Positions 25,345 to 34,555 of a stretch of 64,000 nt of DNA are shown here, in pieces (the first letter of the stretch is position 1; each line of letters opens with the position of its first letter). The notes under the pieces were generated by a model that saw only the letters and a program-made list of their open reading frames with translations, was not told where the DNA came from and ran no database searches. The DNA comes from a virus. Taxonomy: Duplodnaviria > Caudoviricetes. The DNA lies in IMG/VR virus record IMGVR_UViG_2974682767_000001, positions 5,898 through 69,897 of that record, one strand, 5' to 3'. Made by a program: the position numbers and the translations under genes.

Positions 25345-25989
25345 GTGACCGCCACCGTCTGCGTTGCCGAGAATCTGGTTATCGGGCCAGACGGTCAGCT
25401 ACGCCTCGCCCCGTGGTCGCGCCCGCGCCTCGTCGTGGACGTGCTCGCGCCGTCGGGCGCGGACACCACCAAGCTGCTCGCCACCGAGACGCTGCCGGGT
25501 CGGCTGCTCATCGACCGGCGCGTGGAGTGGATGAACGACAGCCCCGTGGATCACATGGTGCGCGTGCTCGTCACCCGGCGGTGGCGGCGGTGGGTCACCT
25601 CGAATCCCAACGCTATCGAGTTCCGCGACCGCTGGTCCTCGGCCATCACGCCCGCCGACGCCACGCAGGCCATCGAACCCGCCGAGCCGGTCGTGTCCGG
25701 CTACTACAACAGCCAGACCGGCAGCGCCGGGGACATCGGCACCAACAGCGTGGCCGAACCCCAGCCGGGCAAGTTCTGGCACTGGTGGGGCACCAACACC
25801 GCCGAGGAGTGGCTGGGGCCGGTCGCGCCGGGTGCCACGCTGCGGCTGTGGTATCGCGGCTACGTGTGGACGCCGGGGCCGTTCTCGGACAACGCCAACA
25901 AGAACAGCCCCGCCCATGAGGCCGAGGCCGGTTGGTCGCGCATCCAGCTCATGGCGTTCCCCGACCAGGGCAAGGCGGTGACCGGGTGA
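25345..25989 (+). CDS. minor tail protein, paralog 1 of 3
   Basis: TAGGCT 6 nt before GTG; N-terminal Cys motif shared with next two genes. Confidence 0.7.
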   Translation: MTATVCVAENLVIGPDGQLRLAPWSRPRLVVDVLAPSGADTTKLLATETLPGRLLIDRRVEWMNDSPVDHMVRVLVTRRWRRWVTSNPNAIEFRDRWSSAITPADATQAIEPAEPVVSGYYNSQTGSAGDIGTNSVAEPQPGKFWHWWGTNTAEEWLGPVAPGATLRLWYRGYVWTPGPFSDNANKNSPAHEAEAGWSRIQLMAFPDQGKAVTG

Positions 25990-26585
25990 GCGTGAAAGTC
26001 TGCACCGCCGAGTACATGATTTCCGACGTGCGCGGCCTCGGCGTGGCGCGCACCTGGCTGCCGCGCATCGTCAGCGAGCAATTCCTGGAGTCCACCAAGG
26101 ACGGCGAGATCAAGCTGTCCCCCGACCCCGTGACGATGATCGACGGTGACCTGACGTGGTTCAACAACAGCCGGGACCCGCAGCGCATCGGCGTCTCGGT
26201 CCACCGCGCCCCGCGCATGATCGTGGCGCAGTCGCCCAGCACCGTGGTCATCCACGACGCCTGGTCCCACCAGGTCGGCGTCAGCCCCGAGGCGGACTAT
26301 CCCTCGGTCATCGCCGACACGTTTGGCGGGCGCATCCAGATCGACCGCGCCAGCGTTGCGGCCAATGACATCCAGTTCGGTCGTTACATCCTGATCGGCG
26401 ACGACAGCACGCGGTGGGTGGACCTCGGCGTGGTGCCGCCCCGGCAGTCGTTCCATTTCCGCTACATCGCCGCCGTGCAGACGCCGGGCACCTGGACGCT
26501 GCCCGGCACCGACAGCGACGTGGTGGGCCGGTGGGAAGCACATGCGCGCTGGACGCGCCTGACGGCGATGGCGGTGCCCGCATGA
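25986..26585 (+). CDS. minor tail protein, paralog 2 of 3
   Basis: GTGA overlap; MSVKVCTAEY. Confidence 0.7.
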   Translation: MSVKVCTAEYMISDVRGLGVARTWLPRIVSEQFLESTKDGEIKLSPDPVTMIDGDLTWFNNSRDPQRIGVSVHRAPRMIVAQSPSTVVIHDAWSHQVGVSPEADYPSVIADTFGGRIQIDRASVAANDIQFGRYILIGDDSTRWVDLGVVPPRQSFHFRYIAAVQTPGTWTLPGTDSDVVGRWEAHARWTRLTAMAVPA

Positions 26586-27343
26586 CGAACCCGACCCCCT
26601 GCGTGGACCCGCTGCATTTCGAGGTCACCGAGGACGGGGCCATCCGGCCACAGCCGTGGATGCAGTGGCGGCAGGTGGACTCGGCCAGCGTGCCGTCCAA
26701 GGCGGGCAGCTACGGCGTGACGCTCCAGTCGGCGGGCGTCGGCGGCGTGGAGGTGTTCGGCACCCTCGGGTCGCTGTTCGGTTCGCTGTTCTCGTTCATC
26801 CCCGGCATGTTCGGCTCGTCGTCCATCCTGGCCGGGCTGGTGTCCTCGGCGTCGGCGGGCGGCAACAAGAACGACCTGTTGCACCAGTTGACGCGCACCT
26901 GGACCAACGACACGCCCGTGGCCCAGGACGTTTACGGCCTCATCACGCGCGGCGGCTGCCGGGTGTCGCTCCAGGCGCGCAGCCGTGGCGGGCTGGTGCT
27001 GTCGTCCGGCTACAAGGTCGGCGTGCTCGGCGACCCCGGCCCGCTGGTCCCGGCGTCCATGTTCGGCGTCGGGGCCGACCTCGGGCGCGGCGGCACCCTG
27101 GCCATCGGTACGACGTTCTGCGTGGCCGAGGAGCGCATGAACAGCGTCACCATCCCCCTCGCGCCCGAGCGCACCGGCTGGGCGCGGCTGCTGCCCGGCC
27201 AGTCCATCACCGCTCGGGTGGAGCTGCGGTTCGTGTCCGAGTTCTGGGAGAACACCACGATTGACGGCGGCGACACGGGGTCCGAGTCCAGCTATGAGAC
27301 GGGCGACACGCGCCTGGACCTGTACGCCGTGCCGGTACTGTAG
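26582..27343 (+). CDS. minor tail protein, paralog 3 of 3
   Basis: ATGA overlap; MTNPTPCVDP. Confidence 0.7.
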   Translation: MTNPTPCVDPLHFEVTEDGAIRPQPWMQWRQVDSASVPSKAGSYGVTLQSAGVGGVEVFGTLGSLFGSLFSFIPGMFGSSSILAGLVSSASAGGNKNDLLHQLTRTWTNDTPVAQDVYGLITRGGCRVSLQARSRGGLVLSSGYKVGVLGDPGPLVPASMFGVGADLGRGGTLAIGTTFCVAEERMNSVTIPLAPERTGWARLLPGQSITARVELRFVSEFWENTTIDGGDTGSESSYETGDTRLDLYAVPVL

Positions 27344-27372
27344 CGGTCACAACCCCGACCTCGGAGGGTAAT

Positions 27373-27741
27373 TTGTACGACCCCACACCCGGCTATATCG
27401 ACTGTGAGTCCGACGGCGAGGACCACCCCACGCCGCCCGGCCACCCGTACCGCGAGCTGGATGTGCCGGGCGTCGGCGTCATCCATGCGCGCAAACCGCT
27501 GCCCAACGCCATCCCCGCGCTGGCCGGTGCCGCCAACGCCAAGGTGACGCCGGGCACCCGCATCGACCAGTTGGACATCTTCATCCAGAACCACGTCGCT
27601 GACGGCGAGTTCGAGGCGCTACTGGCGCGGATGATGGACCCCGACGAGGAGATGCCGCCGGACACCATGCTGCGCGTCAGCCGGGCGATTGCAACGGCGG
27701 GTACCGCCCGCCCTACACGGCGGTCATCAACCTCGCGCTGA
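27373..27741 (+). CDS. tail-assembly-chaperone-like protein (gpG-like), paralog of 11001..11636
   Basis: GGAGG RBS, TTG start; LLARMMDPDEE vs FSRLMDPDED. Confidence 0.65.
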   Translation: MYDPTPGYIDCESDGEDHPTPPGHPYRELDVPGVGVIHARKPLPNAIPALAGAANAKVTPGTRIDQLDIFIQNHVADGEFEALLARMMDPDEEMPPDTMLRVSRAIATAGTARPTRRSSTSR

Positions 27742-28049
27742 TGGCCGCGCACAACTGGCGGGCGTTGCGCACCCGCGCGCTGGACAAGGGCATCGCCGAC
27801 CTGATGGCGGTGTCCTCCATGCACGTCGTGCTGGACCTCATGGAGCAAATCGGCTTGGAGTCGGTCACGGTGGACGCCAAGACCAAGGCCGAGGCGATGG
27901 GCAAGGTGCGCAGCTACTACGACAAGCTGTATAAGCCAGACCCCACCGCAATCGCCGTCAACGGCGGCGAGGTCGGCCCGCCGCCGGGCTGGTCCGACGA
28001 GGAGGTGGAGGCGTCGTTTGATGCGTTCCTGTCGGCAGGTGGCGGCTAG
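27741..28049 (+). CDS. gpT-like ORF in the -1 frame, candidate frameshift extension of 27373 gene
   Basis: Frame open and GC3-biased from at least 27711; ends PPPGWSDEEVEASFDAFL. Confidence 0.6.
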   Translation: MAAHNWRALRTRALDKGIADLMAVSSMHVVLDLMEQIGLESVTVDAKTKAEAMGKVRSYYDKLYKPDPTAIAVNGGEVGPPPGWSDEEVEASFDAFLSAGGG

Positions 28050-28078
28050 TTGCGCCCGAGCACGATACCCTGACCACT

Positions 28079-28486
28079 ATGGCCATCGTCGCCGTCCTGA
28101 TGGACACCAACGCCGAGCCGGGGGAGAAGCTGGACCCCGCGCTGCGGGCCGAAATCGAGAAACTGGCCCCCGGCCTGGAAATCGGCGAGGTCGGCGAGTC
28201 CGAGCTGGCCGACAACGCCGTCACGTCGCCCAAGATCAAAGAGGGCGCGGTCCACACCGAGCACATCGCCGAGGCCGGGGTGGAGGCCGTCAACATCAAG
28301 GCGGGCGCGGTCGGCACCGCCGCGCTGGCGGGCGACTCGGTGACCGGGGCCAAGGCCGGGGCGGGCGTCGTCACCGCCAAGGACCCCGCAGGCAACTACA
28401 TCGAGTCCGAGGAGTGGCACGGCACCGCCGCCCAGTTCGCGCAGATCAACCCCCGCAACCCCAACGTCACGTACTACGTCACCTAG
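28079..28486 (+). CDS. minor tail protein with 10-aa AV/GAV repeats
   Basis: NAVTSPKIKEGAVHTEHIAEAGVEAVNIKAGAVG; TACCCT 7 nt upstream. Confidence 0.7.
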   Translation: MAIVAVLMDTNAEPGEKLDPALRAEIEKLAPGLEIGEVGESELADNAVTSPKIKEGAVHTEHIAEAGVEAVNIKAGAVGTAALAGDSVTGAKAGAGVVTAKDPAGNYIESEEWHGTAAQFAQINPRNPNVTYYVT

Positions 28487-29617
28487 ATGCCGGTCTATCG
28501 CGGCACGGGTCCGCTGGTCAAACAGGTGTACCGGGGCGACACCCCGGTGCGCCAGATTTACCGTGGCAACACCCTGGTGTGGCAGCGGTCGGTCGTGTCC
28601 GACGGGTTCGACTGGGATGGCTGGCTGGACAATTGGATTAACGAGCTGTGCAGCGGCGAGGACCTTGGCGACCTCATCAGCGACGGCCTCGGTGGCATCG
28701 TGGACGGCATCGGCAACGTCGTCGGTCAAACCGTCTCGTTCGTAGAGGGCGGGGCCAACGGCGTCGGCACCCTGGTGGCCCGCACCGGCACCACGCTGGT
28801 GGACGCCTACTGCGGCGCGTGGGGCGGCACCTCGCCGCCGGACGGCCTCATCGGTCTGGTCAACGGCATCCCCATCATCGGCGGGTTCCTCGCCGACTGG
28901 CTGGAGGGTGACCTGGACATCACCAGCATCATCGGCAAGCTGCCGGTGGTCGGCAACATCGCCAAGCAAATCGGCCTCATCCCCGACGACCTCGGCAACC
29001 TGCTGGACCCCATCAACTACGTGATTGACGAGGCGGGCAACGTCCTCGGGACCATCACCTGCGGGAAGTACAAGAACATCGGCGGTGGTGCCCTGGAGGG
29101 CATCTGCTACGTCATCGGCGTGGTCAACCACGCGGCGCGGATGATGGTGCCGGACGGCCTGCTGAACCTGGACCGCCAGGTGGGCCGGATGCGCCACCCC
29201 AACCTGTTGCCCTCGGACGACGGCTGGCTGGAGGTCCAGGTGGCCGAGGCAGGCAGCCCCGGCATGGCCACGCAGGTGTACCGGCGCTACGCCAACGACG
29301 GCAGCGGCGCGCGGGGCGTCGGCATCCACATGGTGGACAACATGGCGGGCATCGTGCGCCGCGTCGGCGGCGTCGAGACGGTCGTGGCCCCCAACCTCGG
29401 CGGGTTCGGCCCGTCCTCGCGGCTGCGGCTGGAACAGCTCGGCAACGTCCACACGCTGCTACGCGACGGCAACCCCATCGGGTCGTGGCCGGACAACACC
29501 GGCACCGCCGCCTCGGGCGCGAACAACCGCAGCGTGGCGATGGTGATGAACGGGGCTAAGGAACTGTGGGGCGCTCGGCGTTTCTCGCCGTCGCTGAACT
29601 ACCTGGAGGCGGGCTGA
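28487..29617 (+). CDS. minor tail/receptor-binding protein
   Basis: VYRG...QIYRG...VWQ N-terminus typical of fibre tips; last gene of tail operon. Confidence 0.7.
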   Translation: MPVYRGTGPLVKQVYRGDTPVRQIYRGNTLVWQRSVVSDGFDWDGWLDNWINELCSGEDLGDLISDGLGGIVDGIGNVVGQTVSFVEGGANGVGTLVARTGTTLVDAYCGAWGGTSPPDGLIGLVNGIPIIGGFLADWLEGDLDITSIIGKLPVVGNIAKQIGLIPDDLGNLLDPINYVIDEAGNVLGTITCGKYKNIGGGALEGICYVIGVVNHAARMMVPDGLLNLDRQVGRMRHPNLLPSDDGWLEVQVAEAGSPGMATQVYRRYANDGSGARGVGIHMVDNMAGIVRRVGGVETVVAPNLGGFGPSSRLRLEQLGNVHTLLRDGNPIGSWPDNTGTAASGANNRSVAMVMNGAKELWGARRFSPSLNYLEAG

Positions 29618-29783
29618 CCAGGCGGCAGACGCCGTAGCCGACCATCCCGCCGCCGACGAGCATGGCACCCCAGCCCGACACCGCCGTCAGCACCACGCAG
29701 CCCGCGACGATGACGAGCACCGCCGACAACGGGAACGGGTGACGCGGCAGCGGTGCCGGGCGTCCGAGGCGAAACACGAACAT
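29556..29783 (-). CDS. small membrane protein (2 TM)
   Basis: Start overlaps upstream stop; hydrophobic; overlaps convergent gene by ~60 nt. Confidence 0.55.
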   Translation of the reverse strand: MFVFRLGRPAPLPRHPFPLSAVLVIVAGCVVLTAVSGWGAMLVGGGMVGYGVCRLVSPPPGSSATARNAERPTVP

Positions 29784-29989
29784 CAGCGCCCGCCGTGCCA
29801 GCCACGGCCCGGTCGCTCGGCGTGCCAGGCGTCAATCGTCTCGGGGAACCAACCCCGGTGGATGCCCACCTCCACGTCGTGCGGGGGCAGCTTGATGCCC
29901 GACAGGCTGCGGGCGGACTTCATGCCGAGGCGCTTGGCCACCTGGTCGGTGGACAGCGCCACGATGGTGGTCTGGGTCGTCGCGGTCAT
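29783..29989 (-). CDS. small helix-turn-helix DNA-binding protein (AlpA/excisionase-like)
   Basis: LSTDQVAKRLG...GWFPETIDAW; TAACAT 7 nt upstream (leaderless). Confidence 0.75.
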   Translation of the reverse strand: MTATTQTTIVALSTDQVAKRLGMKSARSLSGIKLPPHDVEVGIHRGWFPETIDAWHAERPGRGWHGGR

Positions 29990-29999
29990 GCAGCACATG

Positions 30000-30473
30000 T
30001 TACCCGACTTGTGCGGGTTTGTGTGAGTCGGTGACGTGGAGGCTGATGGGGTGGCCGTCGGTGGCCTCCACCGCCGCGCGCCCGGCGACCAGGCGCAGCC
30101 ACTCGTCGGCGGCGTTGCCGTCGGTGACCACGGCCAGGGGCAGCGGGCCGTCCTCGGGGTCCCGGCGGTCGGCCTCGTCCAGGACCATCTCCACCTCATG
30201 GGCGAACTGGTCGGCCAGGTCCTCCACCGCGCCGAGCAGCCCCGGCGGGCAGGCGTCACGGCCCGACTCGATGCGCTGGTAATCGCGCCGGTCGCGGTTC
30301 AGCCTCGCGGCCATGTCGCGCTGTGACAGGCCGATGAACAGGCGGTGGGCGCGGATGACCTCGCCGAGGCCGTGGGTGTACTCGGGCGGCGACAGCGGCG
30401 GCGTGGGGGTGCGTGGGGCCATCACGGCGGGCAACGGGCCGTTCGGATGGATGACGGGCAGGTCGGCGGACAT
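30000..30473 (-). CDS. XRE-family HTH DNA-binding protein
   Basis: IRAHRLFIGLSQRDMAARLN...YQRIESG; GAGGAG RBS. Confidence 0.8.
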   Translation of the reverse strand: MSADLPVIHPNGPLPAVMAPRTPTPPLSPPEYTHGLGEVIRAHRLFIGLSQRDMAARLNRDRRDYQRIESGRDACPPGLLGAVEDLADQFAHEVEMVLDEADRRDPEDGPLPLAVVTDGNAADEWLRLVAGRAAVEATDGHPISLHVTDSHKPAQVG

Positions 30474-30502
30474 GGTGTTCTCCTCGGGGTTGTGATGGGG
30501 AT

Positions 30503-30530
30503 GGCCCCGGCGCGGTGGTGCGCCGGGGCC
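30503..30530 (-). terminator. intercistronic 11-bp hairpin (terminator or processing stem)
   Basis: GGCCCCGGCGC...GCGCCGGGGCC. Confidence 0.5.
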
Positions 30531-30547
30531 GGTGGAGCTGGGGCGGG

Positions 30548-31312
30548 TTACCACCCGGCCTTGGCGGCGCAGATGGGGCCGATGCCCCGCGCCCTGGACT
30601 CGTCGTTCGTGAGGGTGCGACCGCACAGCCCGCACTCGCCGAGTTCGTGGCCGTAGCGCGCGGCTGCTGCCTCGGCACCGACGGCGGCGATCTTGCGCAG
30701 GATGGCGTCCCCGGCTGCCCGGCTCATCCGCTGCTCGTCGTCGGACACCATCAGCTTGACGAACACGAACCCGGCCCACTTGCCCTCGGTCGGGCGGTCC
30801 ACCTTGTAGAACGCGGTGGCGTTGACCGCGCCGTCCTCGGTGTCGATGGCGTAGCGCCCGGCGGGGACGACCTCGGCGGACGGGCGGTCGCCCGTGACCG
30901 GCAGCTCGGCGTCGGCCTTGGGGCTGCCGGGGGTCAGGTCGAACAGCCAGGAGATGAGCTTGGACGCGCCGTCCTTGGTCAGCGGGGCGTACCAGAACGC
31001 GATGGTGGCGTCATCGGTGCGCTCGGCCATGTGGGCGAGGATGGCGTTGACGCGCTCGCCGTAGGACGCCGACCGGCCCACGGTGCCGTTGATGACCCGG
31101 CTGATTTCCGCCGGGGTGGCGTCGTTCATCGGGGCCAGCGCCCAGCCGATGACGGTGTTGAGCACCGCGCACCGCTCCACGTACTTGCGGGCGGACTCGG
31201 GCTGGTCGCGCCACACGCCGCGCTCCAGCGCCGGGACGATGGCCCGCACGATCTGGGCGTCGGTGGCGACGGCGGCGGGGCGAGGGGCGGGGGTGTTGAA
31301 CGGTGAACCCAT
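30548..31312 (-). CDS. hypothetical protein with C-terminal DUF6011-like Zn motif
   Basis: CGLCGRTLTNDESRARGIGPIC. Confidence 0.75.
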   Translation of the reverse strand: MGSPFNTPAPRPAAVATDAQIVRAIVPALERGVWRDQPESARKYVERCAVLNTVIGWALAPMNDATPAEISRVINGTVGRSASYGERVNAILAHMAERTDDATIAFWYAPLTKDGASKLISWLFDLTPGSPKADAELPVTGDRPSAEVVPAGRYAIDTEDGAVNATAFYKVDRPTEGKWAGFVFVKLMVSDDEQRMSRAAGDAILRKIAAVGAEAAAARYGHELGECGLCGRTLTNDESRARGIGPICAAKAGW

Positions 31313-31333
31313 GATCTGGTCCTATCTGGTGAG

Positions 31334-31389
31334 GGCGGGCCATTCCCGCCGAACAAGGACCACAATACCGACTTATGCGGGATTGTCAA
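31334..31389 (-). promoter_or_regulatory. conserved promoter cassette
   Basis: TTGACA ATCCCGCATAAGTCGG TATTGT, then GGCGGG-AATGG-CCCGCC. Confidence 0.85.
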
Positions 31390-31398
31390 ACCCGAGCT

Positions 31399-31418
31399 GC
31401 ACGGGGTAGTCGTACAGT
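31399..31418 (+). promoter_or_regulatory. candidate GCAC-N10-TAnnnT leaderless promoter for lysin A
   Basis: GCAC ggggtagtcg TACAGT; ATG 6 nt downstream. Confidence 0.6.
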
Positions 31419-31424
31419 CGGGGC

Positions 31425-32945
31425 ATGGCACTCGGGGCACCGATGGAGAACGGCTGGCCGGAATGCGACCTGTCCGACACCCAGCGGCTCACCATTCCCG
31501 GCACGCCGCTGTCGCTGCCCATCCGCGAGGGCCAGCCGCACGCCATCCTCCAGGCGTTTTTCCGCGATGTCGATGCGTTCATCGAACCGGCGAACAACAG
31601 CCGGGGGTACACCGACGAGGGGTCCTGGACCGACAACAACAGCGTCTACACGTCGAACCACAAGGGCGCGACGGCTGTGGACTGGAACTGGGACGACCAC
31701 CCGCTGGGCGTCAAGGACGGCGGCTGGAACGGCTCGGTGCTCATCACCGGCAGCCAGGTCCCCGCGATGCGCGACCTGCTCGCCTGGTACGAGGGCATGG
31801 TGTTCTGGGGCAACGACTGGCGCAGCCCCATCGACTCGATGCACTTTCAGATGGGCTACAACACCTACGGCGCGGCCAACGTCGCGCGGGTGCAGAACTT
31901 CATCGACCGCAAGATACGGGCCGACGGCTACAGCACCTACCGGCGCGGCGGCGTCCCGCGCGGCGGTGGCCCGGCGCAGGCACCGAGCACCCCGGCCAAC
32001 CCCATCCCGCCCAAGTCCGGCCTGACCGCCGAGGTGCTGTGGAACATCGCCGGGCGTCCGGCGCGGATGCCGCTGGATCGGTACCGCGAGCTGCTGCCGA
32101 TTTTCGTGCAGATGCTCCACGACATGGACGCCAACACCATCGACCGCCGCGCGATGGTGATTGCCCAGCTATTCCATGAGTCCGGCGCGCTGTTCTACAA
32201 GCGCGAGATTGCCGACGGCAGCGCCTACGAGGGGCGCGCCGACCTCGGCAACACCCAGCCCGGCGACGGGCGGCGGTTCCGTGGCCGTGGCTGGATTCAG
32301 TTGACGGGCCGGGCGCACGCCGCCGGGTTCTCGCGCTGGATGTTCAGCCGGGGCAAGTGCCCCACGCCGACGTTCTACGTGGACCATCCCGAGCAGATGG
32401 AGACCGACGAGAACGCCGCGCAGGTCGCCGTCTACTACTGGACGGTGAGCCGTCCGCAGCTCAACGCGCTCGCCGACGCGCGCAACCTGGAGGGCGCTAC
32501 GCGCGCCATCAATGGCGGCACCAACGGCCTGGCCGACCGCCGGATGTTCTACGACCGCGCCCTGGCGGTCAATGCCGACTTGCTGGATGGCAGCGGCACC
32601 GCCGCCCCGACCGACCCATTCGAGGAGCTGATGATGTCGGACGCCACGTTCCGTTCCACGTCGCACTACCGCACCGACGACGAGGCCAACCTGACGTTCG
32701 GCCATCTGCTGCGGTCGGTGGACGCAATGACCCATGAGCAGATGGTGGAGCTGGCCGCGCTGCGCGGCGAGGTCTGGGCCATCCAGTTGCTCGCCAAGCT
32801 GGCCAACCGGCAGTTGCCGGGGGCCAACGACCCTGACGGCGCGTTCTGGGTGGCGCGTGCGGTCAGTCTGCTCAACGCCATCCAGACCACCCGTCCCGAC
32901 TGGATTACCGCCGCCACCGAGGCGGCGCGAGGAGGCACCGCATGA
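31425..32945 (+). CDS. lysA: lysin A: N-terminal M15-like peptidase plus GH19 glycosidase domain
   Basis: SNHKGATAVDWNW...DSMHFQ and QLFHESG...YEGRADLGN...GRGWIQLTGR. Confidence 0.92.
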   Translation: MALGAPMENGWPECDLSDTQRLTIPGTPLSLPIREGQPHAILQAFFRDVDAFIEPANNSRGYTDEGSWTDNNSVYTSNHKGATAVDWNWDDHPLGVKDGGWNGSVLITGSQVPAMRDLLAWYEGMVFWGNDWRSPIDSMHFQMGYNTYGAANVARVQNFIDRKIRADGYSTYRRGGVPRGGGPAQAPSTPANPIPPKSGLTAEVLWNIAGRPARMPLDRYRELLPIFVQMLHDMDANTIDRRAMVIAQLFHESGALFYKREIADGSAYEGRADLGNTQPGDGRRFRGRGWIQLTGRAHAAGFSRWMFSRGKCPTPTFYVDHPEQMETDENAAQVAVYYWTVSRPQLNALADARNLEGATRAINGGTNGLADRRMFYDRALAVNADLLDGSGTAAPTDPFEELMMSDATFRSTSHYRTDDEANLTFGHLLRSVDAMTHEQMVELAALRGEVWAIQLLAKLANRQLPGANDPDGAFWVARAVSLLNAIQTTRPDWITAATEAARGGTA

Positions 32946-33466
32946 CCACGCAGACGCCCATCTACACCGCCACCGCTGGCCCGGCGGACCCCAAGGCACC
33001 GCTGGCAGCCAAGGCGTACACCGTCGTGTCGGGTCTGCTCGGCCTCGTCGCCGTGGCGTCCACGTTCGGCGTCATCACCGCCGAGCAGGGCGCGGCGCTC
33101 GGTGGCCTCGGGACTGCGGCCACCGGCCTCGTCGGCGCGGCCATCACCGCCGTCGCCGCGTTCCGCACCAACAAGCAGGTCAAGAACGGCACGTTTGACC
33201 CGGCACCGCCGCCGGTCATCGTCGCGCCCATCGACGCGCCCCTGGAGAACCTGGTGCAGCTCCAGAAAGCTGCCAACGACGCCGTGGACCAGGTACAGGC
33301 CAAGGTCGCCGACGGCCTCAACTTCATCCAGGCAGCGGCGTCGATCATCCCCGGCGGCGCACCGGCCAACGTCGGCACGCTGCTGCCCGGCCTGACCGAG
33401 CTGGCCGACCTCATGCGCACCCGGCCCGCGCCGCAGGTGCCCCACCCGGCCCCGCCCGCATCGTGA
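32942..33466 (+). CDS. holin
   Basis: Two N-terminal TM helices; between lysin A and lysin B. Confidence 0.75.
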   Translation: MTTQTPIYTATAGPADPKAPLAAKAYTVVSGLLGLVAVASTFGVITAEQGAALGGLGTAATGLVGAAITAVAAFRTNKQVKNGTFDPAPPPVIVAPIDAPLENLVQLQKAANDAVDQVQAKVADGLNFIQAAASIIPGGAPANVGTLLPGLTELADLMRTRPAPQVPHPAPPAS

Positions 33467-34470
33467 CCGAGCTGGCGCTGGGGTCCTCGGGCATCCTGCC
33501 CGCCGCGTGGTCGGCGCTGATGCGGCTGCGGTTCAAGGGCTACGCACTGAACCGGGACGGCTCGCCGCTGGGCATCGACGGCTATTTCGGCTACGACGAG
33601 GAGGCCGTCCAGGTCACCTATCAGCGCAAGACGGGCCAGGACCCCACCGGGCGCGTCAGCGAGCACGACCTACACGTCCTCGGCCTGCTGCCCACGCTCA
33701 TCACCACGCACGGCAGCGGGCAGCCGGACCCGTTCGGCATCGGCTACCCCGCCGACATGGCGCGCCGTCTGCTGCACCTGTACCACTGGCAGCCGACGGG
33801 GAACTACCCGGCGACCTCGGTGCCGATGAACAAGTCCGCCGACCAGGGCGAGCGCGAAATCATGCGGTTCCTCGCCGACGCGGGCATCGTGCCGGGGCCG
33901 ACGGCGTGGATTGACTACAGCCAGGGGTCCATCTGCGGCGGTCGGGCGCGCAACGCCATCCGGCGCGGCGACGTGCGCGATGGCGTCACCATCATCGGCG
34001 GCGTCACGTTCGGCAACCCGATGCGCCCCGGCGGCAGTTACGCGGGCAACAAGGACCCCGGCGGCGAGGGCATAGACCCCACGCTGGAGACGGCCACCGA
34101 GCCGGGGCTGATCCACATGGCCGCGCCGGGCGATCTCTACACCACCTGCCCCGGCGGGCAGCAGGGCGAGTATGAGCGCGCGGTGTTCAACATGGTGTTC
34201 TCGCGCTTCACCGGGCGCGACAGCATCCTGGAACAGGTCGGCGAGCTGCTGTCCGGCAACCCGTGGGAACTCATCGCCGCCGGGCGCGCGATCCTGCGCG
34301 GCGGCATGTTCCTGGTGCGCGGCACCGGCCCGCACGTCCAGTACCACACGCGGCTGCTGCCGGGCAGCAACCAGACGTACTACGAGGCGGGCATCAGCCA
34401 CCTGGAACGGGTCGCCACGACGCGCCTGGAGGGCATTGTGGCCCGCGCGCAGGCGGGCGGCGTAATCTGA
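33463..34470 (+). CDS. lysB: lysin B (cutinase-like mycolylarabinogalactan esterase) with N-terminal PG-binding-like region
   Basis: YSQG nucleophile elbow, TFGNPMR, GDLY, terminal H; N-terminal IDGYFGY. Confidence 0.88.
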   Translation: MTELALGSSGILPAAWSALMRLRFKGYALNRDGSPLGIDGYFGYDEEAVQVTYQRKTGQDPTGRVSEHDLHVLGLLPTLITTHGSGQPDPFGIGYPADMARRLLHLYHWQPTGNYPATSVPMNKSADQGEREIMRFLADAGIVPGPTAWIDYSQGSICGGRARNAIRRGDVRDGVTIIGGVTFGNPMRPGGSYAGNKDPGGEGIDPTLETATEPGLIHMAAPGDLYTTCPGGQQGEYERAVFNMVFSRFTGRDSILEQVGELLSGNPWELIAAGRAILRGGMFLVRGTGPHVQYHTRLLPGSNQTYYEAGISHLERVATTRLEGIVARAQAGGVI

Positions 34471-34500
34471 CCAGCGGTACCGCGTGGTTGTGGACCTAGC

Positions 34501-34543
34501 ACAGCGCCCCGGCCCGTCGTGGAGACGGTAACCGGGGCGCTGT
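34501..34543. terminator. bidirectional terminator between lysis and replication arms
   Basis: ACAGCGCCCCGG...CCGGGGCGCTGT. Confidence 0.8.
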
Positions 34544-34555
34544 CTTGGTCAGGCG

